Source: a virus. Taken from it: 64,000 nucleotides of DNA. Numbering within the stretch: position 1 is the stretch's first letter; each line of letters opens with the position of its first letter. The stretch is from the IMG/VR virus record IMGVR_UViG_3300045999_009829; one strand, written 5' to 3'. Under the pieces are notes generated by a model that searched no databases, was not told the DNA's origin, and was given only the letters and a program-made list of their open reading frames with translations. The translations under genes were made by a program, and so were the position numbers. This document shows positions 61,738 to 64,000 of this stretch, in pieces.

Positions 61738-63824
61738 CAGAACACGGTTCCCTTTGCCTTTTTAGCATTTATGGACTTTGAGTGATCAATGAAGCCTCTG
61801 AGTCCCCACTTCTGGAGTCTCTTGTTTAGGTCCTTGACCTCTGCGTCGTACACCTTGAGATTCTTGTCGTGGTAGTCATTGATTGCATCGGATGAAACGA
61901 CGGGATTGCCGGTCACCAATCCGAGACCTCGGATATCAGCTGTGGACTCCTCATTGAGCTTGCCGCGACGCTTTAGCTCCGCTCTGGCTCTGGTACCGAT
62001 AACATCATTCCTCTTGGCATATTTACCTAGCGATATGTTGCTGGTCTCAGGCCCTATCCTTATGTCCATGGCCTTACGCACGTCGTCGTATAGTTCTCTG
62101 GAATGCTCTGGGTTGACGTGCTGTGGAATTCCCTTCTTGAACTCGCCGAACTTACCTGTCATGGCATGACCGCGCATCTTCGATGCAGACATTCCAGACA
62201 CGCCTTCGGCATCAGGATCTCTCTCACCCGCGGAAACCACGTTGATCGACTTGAAGTTGAACTCCTTGTGTGGTCCGTTGTAGCGGTCAAGCAACTTCTT
62301 GTACTCGTCGATCCTGTCGGAGCCAGCGACCATTGTGACGTGCGTGACGCCTCGGCTGTGCAGGTCCTTGAGCTGATGTATGAACGTCGGAGCTTCCTTA
62401 CTTGCAACGGACATGTTAGCATTGGGAAAGAACCTCTGAGCGTGCTTGAGCTTCTGCTCTGCTGACAGCGGATTTTTCTCTGGATCTTGAGAGTGTGAGA
62501 GAACTATCGAGTGACCTGCCTTGTTTGCGTTGGCCAACTCCATGACTCGATCGACCAGGGCGCCGTGACCGACGGTCGGTGGGTTCATCCGCCCGAACGC
62601 GAACACGTGGTGGATCTCGCTCTCAGTCGGTGCAGTTGCCTCTGGGTCGCCCTTGCCTCTGTTATTGGCAAAGTTGAGTCTGGAGAACTCCGCCCTGTCA
62701 ACCAGCTTTGTTGGTCTGCCGTTTCTGATGGAAACAAATCCCTCGGGCTTGACTTGCTTGCCGCCCACGGTGTGCTCAAACTCTGTAGGATTACCTAAGG
62801 CTTTAACCAGAGTGTCCTTGGCCTGCTGCAGGTGACTGTGAAGCTCTAGAGCCTTAGAGAACTGATCGGCATTCCCTCCCACGTCGTCGATAAACTTGTT
62901 GTACTGATCCTCTTTTCTTTTCTTTGCGGAATCAGTCTTTACCTTCGAGACGTCGGACTCCCTCTTGGCCTCTAGGTGCTTGCTGTATCCCGCAGCTGTG
63001 GGCTTGGTTCCGTCCCTGACAGTTTGGTTGATGTAAGGCTTTAGGTACTGATCGTGTGCAGAGAGCTTGTCAAACATGCCCAAGTCGAGAGCCCTGTAGG
63101 CTTCCAGAGCATTGTCCTTGTGACCCTGGTATTCCTGCTGCACCTTGCTGGTGTATCTGGATGGATCAACTTCCTTGATCTCTGGGTTCACCAGGTTGAC
63201 GTGCGGATCCTGCTTGAACGCACCGTGGTCTACATCAAAGCCCGCTTTCATGTCGGCCAGCTTCTTGCCGGAGTACTTGGTGTGTACCACAAATCCGATC
63301 TTTGATGCGGCAATCTTTCTACCCTGAGGCGAGTCCTTATCGGCGGAGTACGTTATGGTGTTGGGCGCAAACTTGTATCTGCCGTTCTCATCTTCTACGT
63401 CGGGTCTCTCGTACAGGAAGTCTCCCTGATAGACTCCGCCCGTGTGCGGCATGACCTTGGGGAGGTGCTCTAGGGCGGCCTTCAGCTTTGCTGCCAGACC
63501 AGGAGCGTGACCGTGATTCCTGTCAACGTCTTCTGGGGTGTAGTTGATCTTGGGATTGACATTGAACGCCGACTTTGATGCCACAAAGAAGTTGCCAGTC
63601 TCTGGGTCCTTGCCGAATACCACACTGGGTGATCCGTCATACTTCACAGTCAGTCTTGACTTTGACTTCTTGCCCAACAGAATGTTGTGGACATCTTCAA
63701 GGTTGTCAGCTGCATGGGCAACGCCCTCGTCACCGCCGTGGATGATGTGATCCTCTGCGTGCTCTAAGTGCTTAAGCTTGTCAACGTCTAGGGATTCAGT
63801 AAGAAATCTTGCAAATGCTAGCAC
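61737..63824 (-). CDS. Fusion of a conserved T4-like domain (HLEH.ED, K.DG.P, EGFV, KLVDR.EFS..NF) with a cytidylyltransferase-like domain
   Basis: C-terminal FGRMNPPT.GH, S.SQD..KNPL, GSDR..E, VSAG.RDPD.EG..GMSASKMR. Confidence 0.8.
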   Translation of the reverse strand: MLAFARFLTESLDVDKLKHLEHAEDHIIHGGDEGVAHAADNLEDVHNILLGKKSKSRLTVKYDGSPSVVFGKDPETGNFFVASKSAFNVNPKINYTPEDVDRNHGHAPGLAAKLKAALEHLPKVMPHTGGVYQGDFLYERPDVEDENGRYKFAPNTITYSADKDSPQGRKIAASKIGFVVHTKYSGKKLADMKAGFDVDHGAFKQDPHVNLVNPEIKEVDPSRYTSKVQQEYQGHKDNALEAYRALDLGMFDKLSAHDQYLKPYINQTVRDGTKPTAAGYSKHLEAKRESDVSKVKTDSAKKRKEDQYNKFIDDVGGNADQFSKALELHSHLQQAKDTLVKALGNPTEFEHTVGGKQVKPEGFVSIRNGRPTKLVDRAEFSRLNFANNRGKGDPEATAPTESEIHHVFAFGRMNPPTVGHGALVDRVMELANANKAGHSIVLSHSQDPEKNPLSAEQKLKHAQRFFPNANMSVASKEAPTFIHQLKDLHSRGVTHVTMVAGSDRIDEYKKLLDRYNGPHKEFNFKSINVVSAGERDPDAEGVSGMSASKMRGHAMTGKFGEFKKGIPQHVNPEHSRELYDDVRKAMDIRIGPETSNISLGKYAKRNDVIGTRARAELKRRGKLNEESTADIRGLGLVTGNPVVSSDAINDYHDKNLKVYDAEVKDLNKRLQKWGLRGFIDHSKSINAKKAKGTVF

Positions 63825-63844
63825 GGTTGAGGATCTCCAGGGAT

Positions 63845-64000
63845 TCAGTGACCAAGAATCTTCTTTATCTTTTTGGCGCCCTCATCCGTACCGATGTGGG
63901 TGTGTGACTTGTCTAGCTTCCTGATCATGAACTGAACGGTGCGGGCATTGTCGTTTACCCTGTCCTTCTGTCGGATCCTAAATCTACCGACACCCTCCAT
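63845..64000 (-). CDS. C-terminus of a hypothetical protein (truncated by the window)
   Basis: Open frame ...GRFRIRQKDRVNDNARTVQFMIRKLDKSHTHIGTDEGAKKIKKILGH*. Confidence 0.5.
   Translation of the reverse strand: MEGVGRFRIRQKDRVNDNARTVQFMIRKLDKSHTHIGTDEGAKKIKKILGH

Noticed and set aside
1-64000. Alternative genetic code or suppressor tRNA
   Set aside because: Core genes translate full-length in code 11 with all three stop codons used. The anticodons are CAT, CCA and TCT, none of them suppressors.

Overview
The window is a 64-kb segment of a large T4-like (Tevenvirinae-related) myophage genome. Its host is probably an alphaproteobacterium, but that is inference only. From left to right it holds: (1) a baseplate/tail module with gp25, a gp5 split into two genes, a hub protein, gp53, gp48, gp4, gp2, gp54, gp26, a start-less gp51 that appears to need a -1 frameshift, a holin-like protein and two long tape-measure-like proteins with peptidoglycan-hydrolase domains; (2) gp32, gp59, gp33 and three tRNAs (Ile2-CAT, Trp-CCA, Arg-TCT); (3) a divergent early region with a repeated GTTGACTT...TATAA promoter and a non-coding island of IHF-like repeats; (4) auxiliary metabolism, including a dispersed nucleotide-heptose pathway (gmhA, hddA, hldE, hldD, glycosyltransferase, galE-like, cytidylyltransferase), an lpxH-like gene, phoH, speD, rnh, nrdA/B, thyX and primase; (5) a six-gene late operon csgF-csgG-curlin-FecR-curlin fusion-CHASE2 adenylate cyclase, whose first ribosome-binding site is locked in a hairpin, converging on two paralogous membrane proteins; (6) late genes for Dps and probable capsid-internal polyproteins rich in prohead-protease-like sites. 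The best candidate for an uncharacterised system is the curli-secretion/FecR/cAMP-cyclase operon. All calls come from manual motif recognition; no database searches were run.
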